64,000 nucleotides of DNA from Octopus vulgaris (lineage: Eukaryota), in assembly GCA_951406725.2 (NCBI GenBank), contig OX597817.1, forward strand, positions 131,874,001 to 131,938,000. The letters run 5' to 3'. Numbering within the stretch: position 1 is the first letter of the stretch; every line of letters begins with the position of its first letter. Positions 41,728 through 57,727 of the stretch are shown piece after piece. Below the pieces are notes generated by a model. That model worked only from the letters and a program-made list of their open reading frames with translations, was not told the origin of the DNA and did no database searches. The position numbers and the translations under genes were made by a program.

Positions 41728-43996
41728 ACCAAAAAACTATAGACCCATAACCTGCTTAACAACTATGTACAAAACACTAACATCTGTCCTGACGGAATAT
41801 ACCTATAGTTTTTTAACAGACAGCAGCATATTCCCTAATGAACAGAAATGATGTAAACGTGGATCCTACGGCTGTAAAGACCAACTACTCATCAATAAGA
41901 TGATCTTAGAAGATTGTCACAAACGACACAAAAACTTATCAAAAGCCTGGATAGACTATAAAAAGGCTTTTGATAGCCTACCACATAGCTGGATTAGGAA
42001 ATGCCTGGAAATGTATAAGATATCACCTACTCTGCGAAACTTCTTGACTGTAAGTATGAGATCATGGAGAACCACACTAACTCTGAACAGTGACAATGAA
42101 TCCCTAAATGCTGGTGATGTAAAAATTTCGTGTGGCATTTTCCAGGGTGACACACTGTCACCACTCCTCTTTTGTTTATCCTTAATACCTCTCTCAAAGC
42201 TGCTCAATGACGCGCAGTACGGGTATAAAATGTTTGATAAAAATATAAATCATCTCGTTTACATGGATGATTTAAAGCTTTTGAAAAAATGACCAACAAC
42301 TCAAGGGCTTACTAGCGATAGTCAAACAATTCAGTGACGATATCAGAATGCAATTCGGCCTCGATAAATGTGCAAAGGCTACCTTTATCAAAGGAAAAAT
42401 GACAGAAACATCTAACGTTAACCTTGACCGACAGAATGTCATAAAAGAACTAGACCCAGCGGAGAGCTACAAGTACCTAGGGGTAATTGAAGGGAACGGA
42501 ATAAGGCATTCAGAGATGAAGGAAAGGATCAGGAGAGAATGCTATCGAAGAGTGAGAGCAATACTCAAGACAGAGCTGAATGCAAGAAACAGGATTGAAG
42601 CGATCAATGCATTAGCCACACCAGTCGTGACTTACAGTTTCAATATTGTTAACTGGTCAATTACTGAAATATGTCAGCTCGACAGAAAAATAAGGAAACT
42701 GTTGACAATGCATAGAATGCACCACCCTAAGGCAGATACAGAACGTCTCTATCTGCCAAGAAAAGAGGGAGGCCGTGGTCTTTTGCAACTGGCAATAACA
42801 ATGAAGATTGCTACAATTGGCCTAGACACCTACCTGAAAAACTCTGAGGACTAGGTGTTAAAACTTGTCTCAAAACATGAAAACAAGAAAACATCATACT
42901 CAGTCACAAAACAGGCAAAGGAATATCTAAGTGAATTCCGAATACAACCAATTTCGGAATTAGAGATAGATATACAAGAAACAAGCACAGAAAAAGCTAG
43001 GCGCATGAAAACCCGTGCCAAAACTGCGGCCTTAGATATTATGAATAATAAATGGCAAGAAAAACCTCTCTATGGCAAATACCCAAAGAGAGCGAATAAT
43101 GCAGATATCGACAAAGCCCTGACCCATCAATGGCTAATGGCCTCTGGCTTAAAATCTGAAACAGAGGGGTTTATCATAGCAGCTCAAGATCAATGCCTAC
43201 CAACAAGAAACTACCAGGCCAACATATTAAAGAACGGCAGTAGCCCAACATGTCGTGTATGCCGACAACAAAATGAAACCATTGACCATGTTGTCTCCAA
43301 ATGCAGTCTTCTAGCGCCTACAGAGTACCTCAGTAGGCATGATAGAGCTGCACAATATATTCACTGGGTAATTTGCAAAAACCTGGATTTGCCCCATGAA
43401 AAAAACTGGTGGGAACACAATCCACCTCCTGTGCTTGAAAATGACCACATCTCACTCCTCTGGAACTTCCCCATTCAAACTGACAGGAAGATAGATGCAA
43501 ATATGCCAGACATTATATTGAAAGACTTCAGACAAAGAACATGCCTCCTCATTGATATGACTGTCCCAATCGATATAAACGTATCTGTCAAGACCTACCA
43601 AAAACTGAGCAAATATAAAGATCTTGAAATAGAAATCAGCAAAATGTGGAAGCTGAAGACTAAAACAATACCTGTTGTCATAGGTGCCCTGGGAATGATA
43701 GCGAAAGGGACTGATTGCTACCTAACTCAGATACCAGGAAACCCCAAAATGGCAGAAATTCAAAAGATAGTGCTCATGGGAACTGCTCATATCCTACGCA
43801 AAATACTCTCTATGTAATCCCAAGGTTTAAAACAAACTTTTTTTTTATTTATTTTTTTTTAATGTATTAGACATTCACTAGTACAAAAAAACCCCCCAAA
43901 ATATATGGCACAGAACTTCCAACCTGTTGTCTCTTGAGGTCTCTGGGTGAGACTTGGAGCCAACTTGTACAGATATAAAGCAAAAGTCAAACATAG
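41726..43996 (+). mobile_element. 5'-truncated R4/Dong-clade non-LTR retrotransposon (RT, CCHC, restriction-like endonuclease); ORF disrupted
   Basis: [62 protein letters not shown] motifs. Stops at ~41849 and 42852, frameshift ~42285, ORF end 43817, 3' UTR to 43996. Both ends lie in (AAT)n, the known Dong target. Confidence 0.95.
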
Positions 43997-44029
43997 AATA
44001 ATAATAATAATAATAATGAATATATAAAT

Positions 44030-44413
44030 ATCTATCTATAAAGTATTCGTAAAATTAAGTAAATATATTGACCTGGAATTTGAAATACAAAAGATGTGTC
44101 CTTTTAAAGCGGGAACTGTTCCTATTGTAGTTGGTGCTGTGGGTATAATAAGAAAGGGATGTCAAAAACATCTAGATAATATTCCAGGTGAACCATGTCT
44201 CATAGAAATCCAAAAGATTGTGTGTACAACCCACATCCTACGAAAAACCCTATCCATTTAAATGTCTGTGTTGTAATACATGAAAATATTTCTCTACTGT
44301 CCCAGCCACTTTCCCTTCCTAAGCTTTCAATCATACTGTAACATCCTTCACACACTCATGGATGCTGGGTGTGTCTCGTCGAGTGATTGCAAAAAACATG
44401 CATATTAAAAGTA
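44030..44413 (+). mobile_element. 3' fragment of a different R4/Dong lineage
   Basis: KLSKYIDLEFEIQKM...VPIVVGAVG...IEIQKIV..HILRKTLSI* with a distinct 3' UTR, followed by aataataataat. Confidence 0.85.
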
Positions 44414-44634
44414 AATAATAATAATACTAATTTGTTTTCTTGAACCAGCATAAATGTCACAGTGTTCTAAAAGCATACAATTGACTAAATCCATAGTCGG
44501 TTCTTCTTTAAAGAGGAAAAACAAAATGTACTCCAATTGGATTCAAACTGGGAAAGTCAATCACTAAATGCAAACTCAGCCGGTATTTTTAATCCACTGA
44601 TCGAAAGTCTCTGCTTAATTAATGCTTTATGATC

Positions 44635-45050
44635 TTTTATATTTTGCTGGTTTCATGCCTGAGACTGTGGCAATGGTGGGGCACCGCCTTAATGAATTTT
44701 AGTCGAGTAAATCAATCCCAGTACATATTCTTTTAAAGCTTGGTAATTTATCGCTCTCTTTTGCCGAGCCACCAAATTATATGGACGTAAATACACCAAC
44801 ACCCGTTGTCAAACGGTGGTAGTGTACAACACAGACACAAAGACATACTCACATATTTGTGTACATAATAACTACACACGTATATATATATATGACGATT
44901 TCATTTCCCGTCTGTCACATCCATTCACTAGGATTTGGTTGGTTGAAAGATATTGTAAAAGACACTTGCTCAATGTATCACGCAATGGGATTGAACCTCG
45001 GAACAATGTGGTTGGAAAGGAAACTGCTTACGACATAACCACACACGTGC
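44635..45050 (-). mobile_element. SINE family B, degenerate
   Basis: gactgtggcaatggtggggcaccgcc...aagacacttgctcaa...gggattgaacctcggaac. Confidence 0.7.
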
Positions 45051-45331
45051 TTATGGTGCTTAAAAAAGAATTAACTAAAAAGAATAATGATAAACAAACA
45101 AACAAAAATTAACTACAAAAAACATAAACAACTAATAATATATCAATATTTACCATTTAATTGTTTAATTCCAGCAGGAAATTAAGGTAAATATAAACAA
45201 ATAAATAAGTACATAAACAAATGAATGACTAAATATGGCGGAATTCGTAGCGGTCAGCCATTTTCCCTCAGCTGATCGCCTGAGACTCGTGTAATTTCAG
45301 TTCTCTCTGTTATAGTTTGTTTGCCACTTAT

Positions 45332-45473
45332 TTCTTCTTCTTCTTCTTCTTCTTCTTCTTCTTCTTCTTCTTCTTCTTCTTCTTCTTCTTCTTCTTCTTC
45401 TTCTTCTTCTTCTTCTTCTTCTTCTTCTTCTTCTTCTTCTTCTTCTTCTTCTTCTTCTTCTTCTTCGTCTTCT
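45332..45473. repeat. (TTC)n microsatellite
   Basis: Direct reading. Confidence 0.97.
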
Positions 45474-45657
45474 TGCAGCGTTTCCTATCCTTGAATTTAA
45501 TTTCATTTCATATTTTGAAAGGCAGACGGAGAGTCGAATTATTTTTCATTCGTTTCATTTTCATTCAATAATAGAGTCAATCTCTATCTCTATTATCAAT
45601 AACAGTCGCGCTCTTCTTATTTCTTTAGCTTCGTGAAGAGTAACTTGCATCTTGAAA

Positions 45658-46940
<1,283 letters not shown>

Positions 46941-47034
46941 TTATTATTATTGTTGTTGTTGTTGTTGTTGTTGTTGTGGTTGTTGTCGCCGTTGTTGTTG
47001 TTGTTGTTGTTGTTGTTGTTATCATAATCATTCA

Positions 47035-47203
47035 TATACACAAAACAGATTGGACAGTTGGAAAAGAAAAATCCCTTACATCGGACTACAACAAGTAATC
47101 GTAGGTGTCAAGAACGCCCAGATGTATTCTAGTCGTCCCTAATAACACTGTTTTCTGAAGCTCTACTCAACTGGGTTTTACACCTATTTCATCTAACCAT
47201 CTG
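47035..47203 (-). mobile_element. Short R4/Dong-type 3' end fragment
   Basis: RWLDEIGVK...LQKTVLLGTTRI on the minus strand, starting at (AAT)n. Confidence 0.65.
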
Positions 47204-47220
47204 TTATTATTATTATTATT

Positions 47221-47772
47221 GAGTGAGAGAGCAGCACAGGCCATCAAAATGACACTTCGGCACGAATATAGAAAACCTATACCCATCATGACTACCCGTC
47301 TGATAAGGGTACACTAGACACATGTATCACAACCATAAGTGCGTGATACTATGATCATATATCAAGATAAAGTGTGCATAACCTTGTACAGTGGAGCAGT
47401 TAGAATTTTCTTCAGGACGAGTGGTCCATCCTGCTCAAAAGGTACCTGAATAACGTTTGTTTAAAGAAGATGAACAAAACACCCATGTTTCCAGATTTGA
47501 ATTATCCAAACCTCGGAGAATTCCTCTCAACACATGTCTATGATATTCCCCAACTACTTCTGCTCGAGATCAGAGATGCACATATCTTTAGCCATTAAGG
47601 GACATGCTCAACTGGTTAAGGTCAAGCAACTGACCAACAAACCTGTGGTATTGAGCAGAATACTTGCTGTAGCCCATTTTTTACACCAAGACATAACATG
47701 TGCATGATAAAACTTCTAATCAGTTAAGATCAGTAGCCATGAGAGACAGTACCGGGTTCTGCCACAGGGCAT
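47221..47772 (-). mobile_element. ~555-bp (AAT)n-embedded element, copy 4 (more diverged)
   Basis: Colinear with 385-938, with the same two termini (gagtgagagagcag... / ...cagggcattt). Confidence 0.88.
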
Positions 47773-47794
47773 TTATGATTATTATCATTATATC

Positions 47795-48960
47795 ATTTCC
47801 TTTGCACAGCCTCTAACCCTGGAGATTTGCTAGGGTGTCAGCTGTTCACTACCAGTGAACTAAGGTAACACCCCTTATTTTTCGAGCACCTGCCGGAGTA
47901 TTCGAGTGGTTCCAAGCAGTGCTGTTTTCTGCAAGTGTTCCACCCTTATTGCAGCCCCTATTTGTTCTATGTACTTCTCAAGATTTTTACTCACTGTTCC
48001 CAGGGCTCCGACAATTATTGGTACTACTGCTACCTTTTTCATCGACCACAACTGCGTAACTTCCCAAGCTAACCTGTTACATTTATCTGCTTTTCTTTCT
48101 TCCTTATCGCTTACCTTGTTGTCAGCAGAGCATGCTATATCTATGATCCAGCATAGTCTGTTTTCTTTCTCATTTATGACTATGTCTGTCTTCCTATTCT
48201 ATATCGCATGGTCGCACTGAATCATAAAATCCCACAGGATCTTTGCATTTATATTTTCGATGATACTTTCAGGTATATGGTCGTATCACACTTTTGCTGT
48301 GTCAAGTCCATACTTGTTGCAAAGTATCCAGTGGACAAGCCTTGCTATATTGTCCTGGCGTCTCTTACATTCCCTCCGGGTTAGTGGCGTACATTGAGTG
48401 GCAGTATGCCGTACGGTTTCACCATTTTGTCCATAAATTCTGCACTTATCACATTCTGATGAAATTGTCCTTGCATTCTTTTCTTTATCCACCTATTTTC
48501 AGTTCCTTTCGTTTTCAATTCCCTGTACAGTGCTTTATCTTTGCAACCTTTCATCCCACACAAGCCTGACCTTCTTGCTTCTAATAATAGCGGTTCTGTG
48601 GCATTTTTACATACCATACTATGTTGTTTTCTTCTGCTCTAACGCTGTGTTCGCATCCAATAAGTCCTCTCCTCGCTCTTTTTCTTGGTACATACAGTCT
48701 GTCTGTGTCACTTTTTGGGTGGAGTGTCCCATATCTAGTTAGCAACTTCTTTGTCTCTCTCTCTCTCTAATCTGTTTATTTCGTCTACTGTCCATGCGAG
48801 TACCTCTGCTCCATATCTAAGTAGTGAAACTGCCCAGGTGTTGATAGCTTCGATTTTATTCCGTCCGTTTAATTTCGACTTAAAGATCAATCTCAGTCTA
48901 CGCAAGTAGTCTACCTAAATTTTTTCTGTCATTTCTGTCTTCATCAATTTATCCATTGCC
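47795..48960 (-). mobile_element. R4/Dong-type LINE fragment, another lineage
   Basis: KIEAINTWAVSLLRYGA, CRIYGQNGETVRH, RRQDNIARLVHWILC, KILWDF, IIVGALGT, LQKTALLGTTRILRQVL. Confidence 0.88.
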
Positions 48961-49784
48961 ATGCAACTTAAATGCCAGGAATGCTATACAAATTCACATT
49001 AACCCGGCTTTAATGTTTTAAAGTAATACGAATATTGAAATTTTCAACTGATAATTTTTCAGGAATATACCAAGCTTTCAATATGTAAATTCCTCAAACC
49101 AAAATATCCTTTGAAGTAAATTCGCTCCATCGTTTTATTTTACCATTTTATTTTGCACATTTTTTGTAGCTAGTTTCTTTAGCGTTCGATCAGTTTCTCT
49201 ATATTTTTATAATTCCTTCTACATTAAATTTGAAAGTAATACGGGTGGATCTTCAATATTTTTAGGAAAAACATTAATGGAAAATTTTGCTATGAATTCG
49301 AATGCAAATCAGGAAAACTAAATAGGAAAATGACATTATGTATATTTATACACACAGATGCGAACACATTATATGTACACACACGAACACAATCACATAC
49401 ATACATACATACATACATACATACATACATACATACATACATACATACATACATACATACACATGCATACATACATACATACATACATGCATATATACAT
49501 ACATACACACACGGCGCACGCGCACACACACAGACACACACATATAAACATACACGCGCGTGCATGTATGTTTAAAGAATTTTTGTAAAGAATCCTTGTT
49601 ACAGTCACAATATTTGAAGAGAGATTTACTTGGATTAGAAACAAATTTTATTTTAAAAACGGAAACGGCAGCAGACAAAGCTTTCCGAATTTTTTCGTGT
49701 TGTGTTTAAGCGCTTTCCCCATACCTACAGATTTTCAGTCCCAAACTATGTTATATGTGGTTAATCCGTATACATCAACATATA

Positions 49785-49895
<111 letters not shown>

Positions 49896-50928
49896 ACATA
49901 TATCTATAATAATAAATTGCGAAAGCGAATGTCAGTGTATCATTGTGTCACACTTTTTTGACTTTACTGATCCGATAACCTTGTTTCACAATTCAATGAC
50001 ACTTCTACTATGGCTCATGCTTTACCCTTCTCTCACTATTCAATGAATCTTCTACTATTCTACTATTCTTTATTCATGGGTTTTTCCTAATCCTAATATT
50101 GAAAAAAAAATATTTCACTAAATATTATAACTATTTACAAAAGTATTTTCTAAAATAGCACTTTCAAAACCTCTTTCTCCAAATATTATAACTGTATCAA
50201 GTAATTTAACGGTAACTCGTGCTTCATAACGTTCGGAACTGAAATACGTATTGAACTCACTCACTCATAGAATATTACCTCTCATAGCTCTCTACCATAA
50301 AAATTTTTGGAAGCTTGGTATATTTTGACATATCAATAAAATTAATCGGACCTATTTTCATGCCATTGGCCGTCGGAGCTATGGATTCGACTAATTTTAT
50401 TATTACCTTAAAAATTACTACAAAATACTAAATTTCAAACATCTTTATGGTCAAATATGTATAGAGCGATTCCATAAAATAAGAATCGCACTTTAAAATA
50501 GTGTTTAGCAACAGTGGTGTAATTTTCCTTCCGATTACAAACAGGAGTTTAAATAGCTATTACAAATAAGTGCTTGTACGAAAACTAAAGCTCTACGTAC
50601 ATCTTATTGACTTTAAATTAAGTGGCGGCAGAAGAATTATCCATGAACTTTTAAAAGGTAAGTTTATTGTTGCTGGTTGTTGAAGGGTGGGAAATGGAAA
50701 CAAGCTATTTGTACTGACCCCTGAATGGGAAGACAAAAAATGTTGTTTATCATGCAGCTTTGCAATAAATTCCAACTCGACAAATTATATCATTGTTTTG
50801 ATGAAAGTTGTTCATTGCCTGAAACATATTGGTCAAGTTTAATAAAATTTAATATGTATTCGATGCATGAAGTTTCACTGTTTGTCCCAAGGCGTATTGA
50901 TGAGGCCTCCACAGGAGCTAGTAAGCTC

Positions 50929-51016
<88 letters not shown>

Positions 51017-51456
51017 TGAGAGAGAGAGAGAGAGCTATCTATCTCCCTCTCTCTTTCTCTCGCTTTATGTGTGTGTTTGTGTGTGTGTTGGTGTGTGGGT
51101 GTTTGTGTATTTGTGTGTGTGAATATGTATAGTGTCCAACGCATATTATATATATATGACATAATGTATGTTTTTTATTTGTATATATATATATTTATAT
51201 AAAAATATGCATTGTATACTATATATATATATATATTTAATATTATGTATTGAATATTATACATAATCACACACATATACAGATAGTTTGACAGATACAT
51301 AGGTAGACAGACAGATAATTGCAATAAACTAATACGCACACATATATGCATGCACGCATATACACATGCACCGGCATACACACACTCTCACGGAGCGCTT
51401 ACATTCTGTATACTTCAAAACAGTTTTGACGTAGATAGTCTGGCTCTCATCTCGTC

Positions 51457-52035
51457 TCAGTTGCTAGCACACAGTTTTAATTCATAATGACAGTGTGCTG
51501 AAATCAATGAGAAAGAAGAGACTGCCTATATAATCCAAAGTATTCTCGTCTTTGTTTTCTCGTTGCTTCAAACACAAGTGTGTCTTCTGTTAAGTCGAGA
51601 AGCATCACAGACGTAGTTTATAATCCAATTCGTCAATAGACATTCGTAACAGTATGTTCTTTTAAAATATAATTATATACCAAACTAATTTACATTGCGC
51701 TATATATTATATATCGCAGTAACTGTGCTATAAACGGCAGGCAGCCTAGTTAATGCTGATCTGTACAGATATCTGTTTATTATGCTGGTTTATCTCTGTA
51801 TAATATTGGCTGATAGATGTGCTGGTTGGACGGTTTACTGATTTCTCCAGGCACGCTTTATATTATAGAGAGAGATGGAGAGAGTATAAAAGAGATATAA
51901 GGAACGACAGTCAGCATAAGTGATGCAGAATGAGAACACATAATAGGCTAGGTGGCAGACAAGGTATCATAGAAACGAAGAGGATGCAGGACGGCTATAT
52001 CTTTATAAAGAGTGAGAAAACATGAGTGAGAAAGT
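51457..52035 (+). other. Candidate promoter / non-coding first exon
   Basis: Repeat-free stretch starting at Inr-like TCAGTT (51457) and ending at a gtaagt donor (52036), upstream of the 59114 acceptor. Motif-level evidence only. Confidence 0.3.
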
Positions 52036-52630
52036 GTAAGTGTTTATAAACATCAATCATAGAAAATAAATATCAGGGGTAATTGAGTTACCGTTCTTTT
52101 CTTTTGATTTCTTTTATTTCTTAAATTTTGTTTCATTTTTGTTTTAAAGTAATAAATATTTTTCATCTGAAAATTAATATTCCTTTCCTATAAGCAACAA
52201 GAAATTTGATAAAAGTGGAATTATGTGTATTGAATTTATAACAAAATTACTCGCCACACATACATAAATATATGCACACATACAGACCTCAGTTTGCGTG
52301 GATGGATGGAATGGGGAAAGCTTTGGTGGCTAGAGGTGTTGGAGTGAGAGAGGTAAGAGAGTTTATGAATGATGAGAAAGCTTGGAGAGTGTTTGAAGAC
52401 AGATGAGTGAATTTGATAGTGGTCAAAATGGTAATGAGCCAGCATGATGCGGCGGGGCTAAACTAGCATATGCCGTCGGGTCCCGCAGCTGATACTGGAG
52501 GGTTACGTTCTATCCCTTGACCCGAGCATAGAACAGGGCTCGTTTCTTTTGAGCTGGGAAAATAAATGGAATGCCTGGTGTGTGTCTTGTTGTGACCAGC
52601 CCCTCCTACAAAATGGGGAATAGGCCTGAG

Positions 52631-52661
<31 letters not shown>

Positions 52662-53492
52662 GTATACATGCATTACCAACGTACAGCAGGATTACTCCTG
52701 TTACTGGAGAAACGTAGGGTAATCTGTTAGTGCACGCTGAATTCATATAATTCATAGGCGTGTGTGTACGTGTGTGTGCGTATGTGCATATGTATGAATG
52801 TGTGTGTGTCAGAGTGACTTATGTAATATTGCTTTTCAATTCCTAGAAGACAACCAAACATTGAATAATGTGAAAGAGTATAGAAGTAGAAGTAGTAAAG
52901 TAAAACTTATCGATTGTTTTTCGGTTGTCTGGGACTTGCAGTTTCACCTTTTGATGGTTTGTCCAGCCAGACTGGTCAAACAACTCGTTAAGGCCTAACT
53001 TGAAGTCGTCCCAGCTAACACCAAACAATGAATATGCATATATCTGTGTGTGAGTATGCATAGAGTAAAGTGGGGTGGAGAACGGGAGAGACGAAGGGAG
53101 GGGGAGTAGAGAGACTAAGATGGAGAGGGAGACCAGGTGGGAGAGAGAAGTTAAACCGGTCAATTGTTTTAAATCGATGTATACAGTTTATTGAACTGAT
53201 CTAGCTTCTTTTCATATTTAAGGGCGATTTGGCTACTATAACTAGAAAGTCGAGCAGTCTTGTAAAGTCGCTTTTAATTGGCTTACTGCACAATGGAGAA
53301 TATTTCATGGCGGCAATTCGAAGCGTTGCAGTTGTTATTTTTTTTGTGCTTGTTGTCATTGCAGCGGTTATTTAAGCTGTTGATGCTGTTGTTGTTGCGG
53401 TAGTTGTTGTTGTTGTTGCTGTTGTTGTTGCTGTTGTTTGTTGTTTGTGTTGTTTGTTGTTTTGCTCTTGCTTTTCTCTGTCGTTATTATGA

Positions 53493-53558
<66 letters not shown>

Positions 53559-53599
53559 CATAAGTGCGTACACACACACACACACACATATATATATAT

Positions 53600-53874
53600 C
53601 GGAGTAAACACATAAATGTGAAACAAGGTGGAAAAAAGAGTACTCAAATACCAGCGGTAGAGTAATATGCTATATTTAAAGCAGCAGAAAATTCAACAAA
53701 ATCTGTTACTCTAAGTTTCCCGTTGCCGTTCATCGGACAGTTTTTTGCTAGAATGGAACCGATATATCAATTCTATCCAGACTATTACAAACGCTACACC
53801 ATTAAAAAATGGACTTGTTTGATTGGCCCTTTAGAAATAACGGTTAATTTTCGAGCGATAAACAAAGATGAGCT

Positions 53875-53875
<1 letters not shown>
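53600..53875 (-). mobile_element. PLE-like fragment between (TA)n tracts with compact hammerhead
   Basis: Minus strand ctgt-CCGATGA-aCG-gcaa-CGg-GAAAC-ttaga-GTA-acag at 53703-53740. Confidence 0.65.
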
Positions 53876-53944
<69 letters not shown>

Positions 53945-54504
53945 TATATGTTATAAAATTCGAGGAAAAACCTTACATTGAATAAAATACATATTGATCT
54001 TAATGAAGGAAATATAATTAATACATGGAAATTGAAATGCATTAAAAATATGCATTAAAAATATAACACAGCAATACATATTCATATTAAAGTATACATA
54101 TATATCAACATACACAGAAGAGATGCGTATATTGGAAGCCTGATCTGGCTACTTTGAACATAAAGCAGGAATTGTACATGCGCTGGATTCTGGTCGGTTT
54201 AAATGCTTAGACCATATATTCTCTTAGATATATCAGAAGCAATTCTATAATTACGTGAGAACACTTTAAACATGGCTAAACGTTTTTCGTTGCTTATATT
54301 CCTCTTGCAAAGTGATTTCTTTTGTACCCTAAGTTATTTACCATTCCTGTAGTGCCGCACACTTCCCTTGGTATCCTAAGCACCTGCTTATTTTGATATA
54401 TATATCAAGGAATATATTTTCGGGATGATGTCCAAACACTTGCGATTCTAACAGATCTAACACCACTATTAATGAAATAATATATAGATTCGTGTTTATC
54501 TCTT

Positions 54505-54550
54505 GCTATGTAGCTTTCTCCGCTATGTAGCTTTCTCCGCTATGTAGCTT
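54505..54550. repeat. 17-bp tandem repeat gctatgtagctttctcc, ~2.7 copies
   Basis: Direct reading. Confidence 0.9.
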
Positions 54551-54869
54551 CCACACCAGATGTGAATATACGAGAAATATTAAAGAGCGAACGATTTAAT
54601 ATTGTTTTTGAAGAAAGCATTGTGGGTGGTAGTAATAAGAGATAATAAGAAAGAAAATGGTGATGAAGGATAACAAGAAGAGGAAGGAGAAAAGAAATGA
54701 GGCGGACGGGGAGAAGGAGGAGGAGGAGGAGGTGGAAGAAGAAGCGAAATTATAAGACGAGGTCGAAAGGCATTGTAAGTTAGATATTGATTAAAGACAA
54801 TGACTTTAGGTGGATAGAGATGATCGATTTAATTCATAAACCTTTCAAATATATGAGAAATCAGATGAC

Positions 54870-54955
54870 GGCCATGATCGTGATGATGGTGGTAGCGACG
54901 GTGGAGGAGGTGACGATGAATGGGAGGTAAAGACAATGACGACGACGACGACGAC

Positions 54956-55021
<66 letters not shown>

Positions 55022-55085
55022 GGTGATGATGGTGATGATGATAATGATGATGTTGATGATGATGATGAAGATGGTGGTGATGATG

Positions 55086-55137
<52 letters not shown>

Positions 55138-55244
55138 GGATGATGATGATAATGATGATGATGGTGATGATGATGATGATGATGGTGAGGATGATGATGA
55201 TGGTGATGATGATGATGATGATGGTGATGATGGGGATGATGATG

Positions 55245-55275
<31 letters not shown>

Positions 55276-55545
55276 TGGTGATGATGATTGTAATGCATCA
55301 GGAGCGGAGATAAGGGAATGAAAAATGTGATGGGGGAAAATAGTGGTAATAACGGATTGGGAACGATAATGATAATGATGGTAGTGGTGCTAGTGGTGGT
55401 GGTGATGATGATGGTGACGACGATGATGTTGGTGATGATGATGATGTTGGTGATAATGGTGATGTTGATTATGACGATGATTTTGATGTTGATGTCGTTA
55501 ATGGTGATGGCGAGTATAATGATAATCATGATGACGATGATAATG
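54870..55545. repeat. (GAT)n/(GGT)n-rich low-complexity tract
   Basis: Direct reading; source of the poly-D/M/H ORFs. Confidence 0.95.
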
Positions 55546-56019
55546 CCAGGCGGGGGGGACTCGAAACTACAGTGAGAAATATAGGAGATAAGTATATCGA
55601 TAGGAAAAATCAACAACATTTGAAATATTATCTTCTGGAATTATCGGCACGTTGCAAACATGAAACACACTTTCTCTTATTTTAACTTCATTCCATTTGC
55701 ATTAAACTTTATCAATTTATATTTCGGAGTTGTCTCCTCTTGCCATTTTTACCCACAAATGATTATTTCTCCTTCATATCGACTTTTAAACCTCTCTTAC
55801 CACATCATATTTAGCGAGAAAGCATCGGCATTACCAATTGTATTTCAGGTATGTGGACAATTTCTGAGTTCTTCATTAAGATCTCTGTGAAATTTAGGTC
55901 TAGTTTCCTTCTATTATTAGACAAATAATGAAACATCGTTTATGCTGTATCCTTCACTTGTTCCTGACACGACACTGTGGCCATGATGGAGCACCGCGTT
56001 GGAGGCTGGTAAGCACATG

Positions 56020-56780
56020 GAGTCGTGTGATAATAATTACTCGAGTATGAAAAACCTCATATACATAGTTGCTATTATTCTTAAAGAATACCTTGGAGAA
56101 GACTGCCGTATACATGGTAATGAAAGTACGAAGCCAAAACAACCTCGATGGAAAACAAAACTTGAAGATACCATCAGTAATTTAAGGTGCCATATTGAAT
56201 AGTTAACAACGAGAATAAAATGTAAGAGGAACAATGAGTCACATCTTATCAACAAATTAGATAAACCGTATGGTGGCTCTTCACAACAAGCTAAGGGCAC
56301 TGAACGAGAATCTTTGCTACCACAAACGAATTTTTGAGCGAATCTGTATAATTCGCAAGTTTTGCTTTTAACTCACAGACAGTATATAGAAAGATGGGTA
56401 AGGAAAATATACCCGTCAAGAAATCCTCACTCTAGAGAAGATTTTGAATCATTCTGGTTGAAAATATGGAATAAAAAGAGGAATCTCAAACTCAATGCAT
56501 CGTGACCAAATGCAATAAAGAGAAAATAATGTGCAAACAGCAACAGTAAACGATATGCAATTGACCCAGAAATGTTCCCGTTATCTGTAGCCAAACTGCA
56601 TAATGGGAGAGCAGCTGGAAGGGCCCTGATAGATGGGTATTGGTATAAGAGGCTGACATTTTACAGGAAACCACTAAATAAGTATGTTCAAACGTACTGT
56701 GGAAGGCCAGCTAATTGACTTGCCATAGCACGAACGAATCTCGTGACCAAGGATGAAACCAACGAGTTGCCGGATTTTAT
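56020..56780 (+). mobile_element. Degenerate R4/Dong-type pre-RT / early RT fragment
   Basis: KPKQPRWKTKLEDTI, W.AAG..GPD-like and RTNLVTKD remnants. Confidence 0.55.
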
Positions 56781-56789
56781 AAGGCTAAA

Positions 56790-56927
56790 AACCATTTCTG
56801 ACGAGCGTCTTTGTAATCCCGAAAAATATCGTATCCATTGGTCCAGCCGTCTGGCCGTGGAGACGGAACAGACCGAGACGGGCAGACGGATAAAAAGACG
56901 GACATAACGCCTATTATTGTAAGATAG
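56790..56927. mobile_element. Helitron/Helentron-associated (DINE/HINE-like) terminal fragment
   Basis: attggtccagccgtctggccgtgga...cagacgga...gacggaca...ttattgtaagat resembles the ggtccagccgt...(CAGA)n...ttatatatagat end of such elements (from recall). Confidence 0.45.
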
Positions 56928-57641
56928 AGCTTTGTAGCTTTGTTAGAAACCAGCTCCTTCTTCAGCAGAAGAGTTTTAATGATTAAGTACAGGACACACA
57001 CACACACACATACTAACACACACACAGACACACGCACACGCACACACACATTCACACACACGCTCACGAATGCGCGCGCGCACACACGTATATATTCACA
57101 TGCATACCTATGTATGGAGCTGTGCATGCATGCGGTGGATAATTGTCAGAATGACTAGGATATCGATCAGGTTGTTTTGCAGTGATAGTTCAGTTCCGGC
57201 TCTGGGTGCGTTGAGTTCAATTACCGTTGCAGTAAACATTACCTTATAGCCCATCCTTCCAGATCGATAATTGGAGTACTGATCTCGAAGTGGGGTCAAT
57301 TATTCTCTTAATCCTCCCAACTCTCGCTCTCGCTCTCACTTTTCTCTTTCTCTTTCTCCATCACTCATTTTCTCTCTCTGTCTCTCTCCCACTTATCACA
57401 CAAACATACCCATGAACATACATACACTGTTTCTTTTCAGTTTTTTTTGTCTCAGTTCCAAGAGGTAATTGTCTGTGAGAGATCGTTCATAAAAGGCTCC
57501 AGACACGTCACGACCCCTTCTCTACGATTCCATTAGCACTTACTGAAGCAGATCTCAGGGAGAAGACACTACATATCTACATACATACATACATACATAC
57601 GTACGTACGAACGTATCTACATGCATACATTCACACACACA

Positions 57642-57723
<82 letters not shown>

Positions 57724-57727
<4 letters not shown>

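Noticed and set aside
42855-43817. 320-aa ORF as a host gene
   Set aside because: It is the C-terminal part of a broken Dong/R4 ORF following a premature TAG.
54861-55619. 252-aa His-rich and 133-aa Asp-rich ORFs
   Set aside because: Degenerate (GAT)n tract open in several frames; no domain or splice support.
56796-56826. CTGACGA...GAAA as a hammerhead
   Set aside because: No stem II pairing and no stem III; lies in a Helitron-like terminal fragment.
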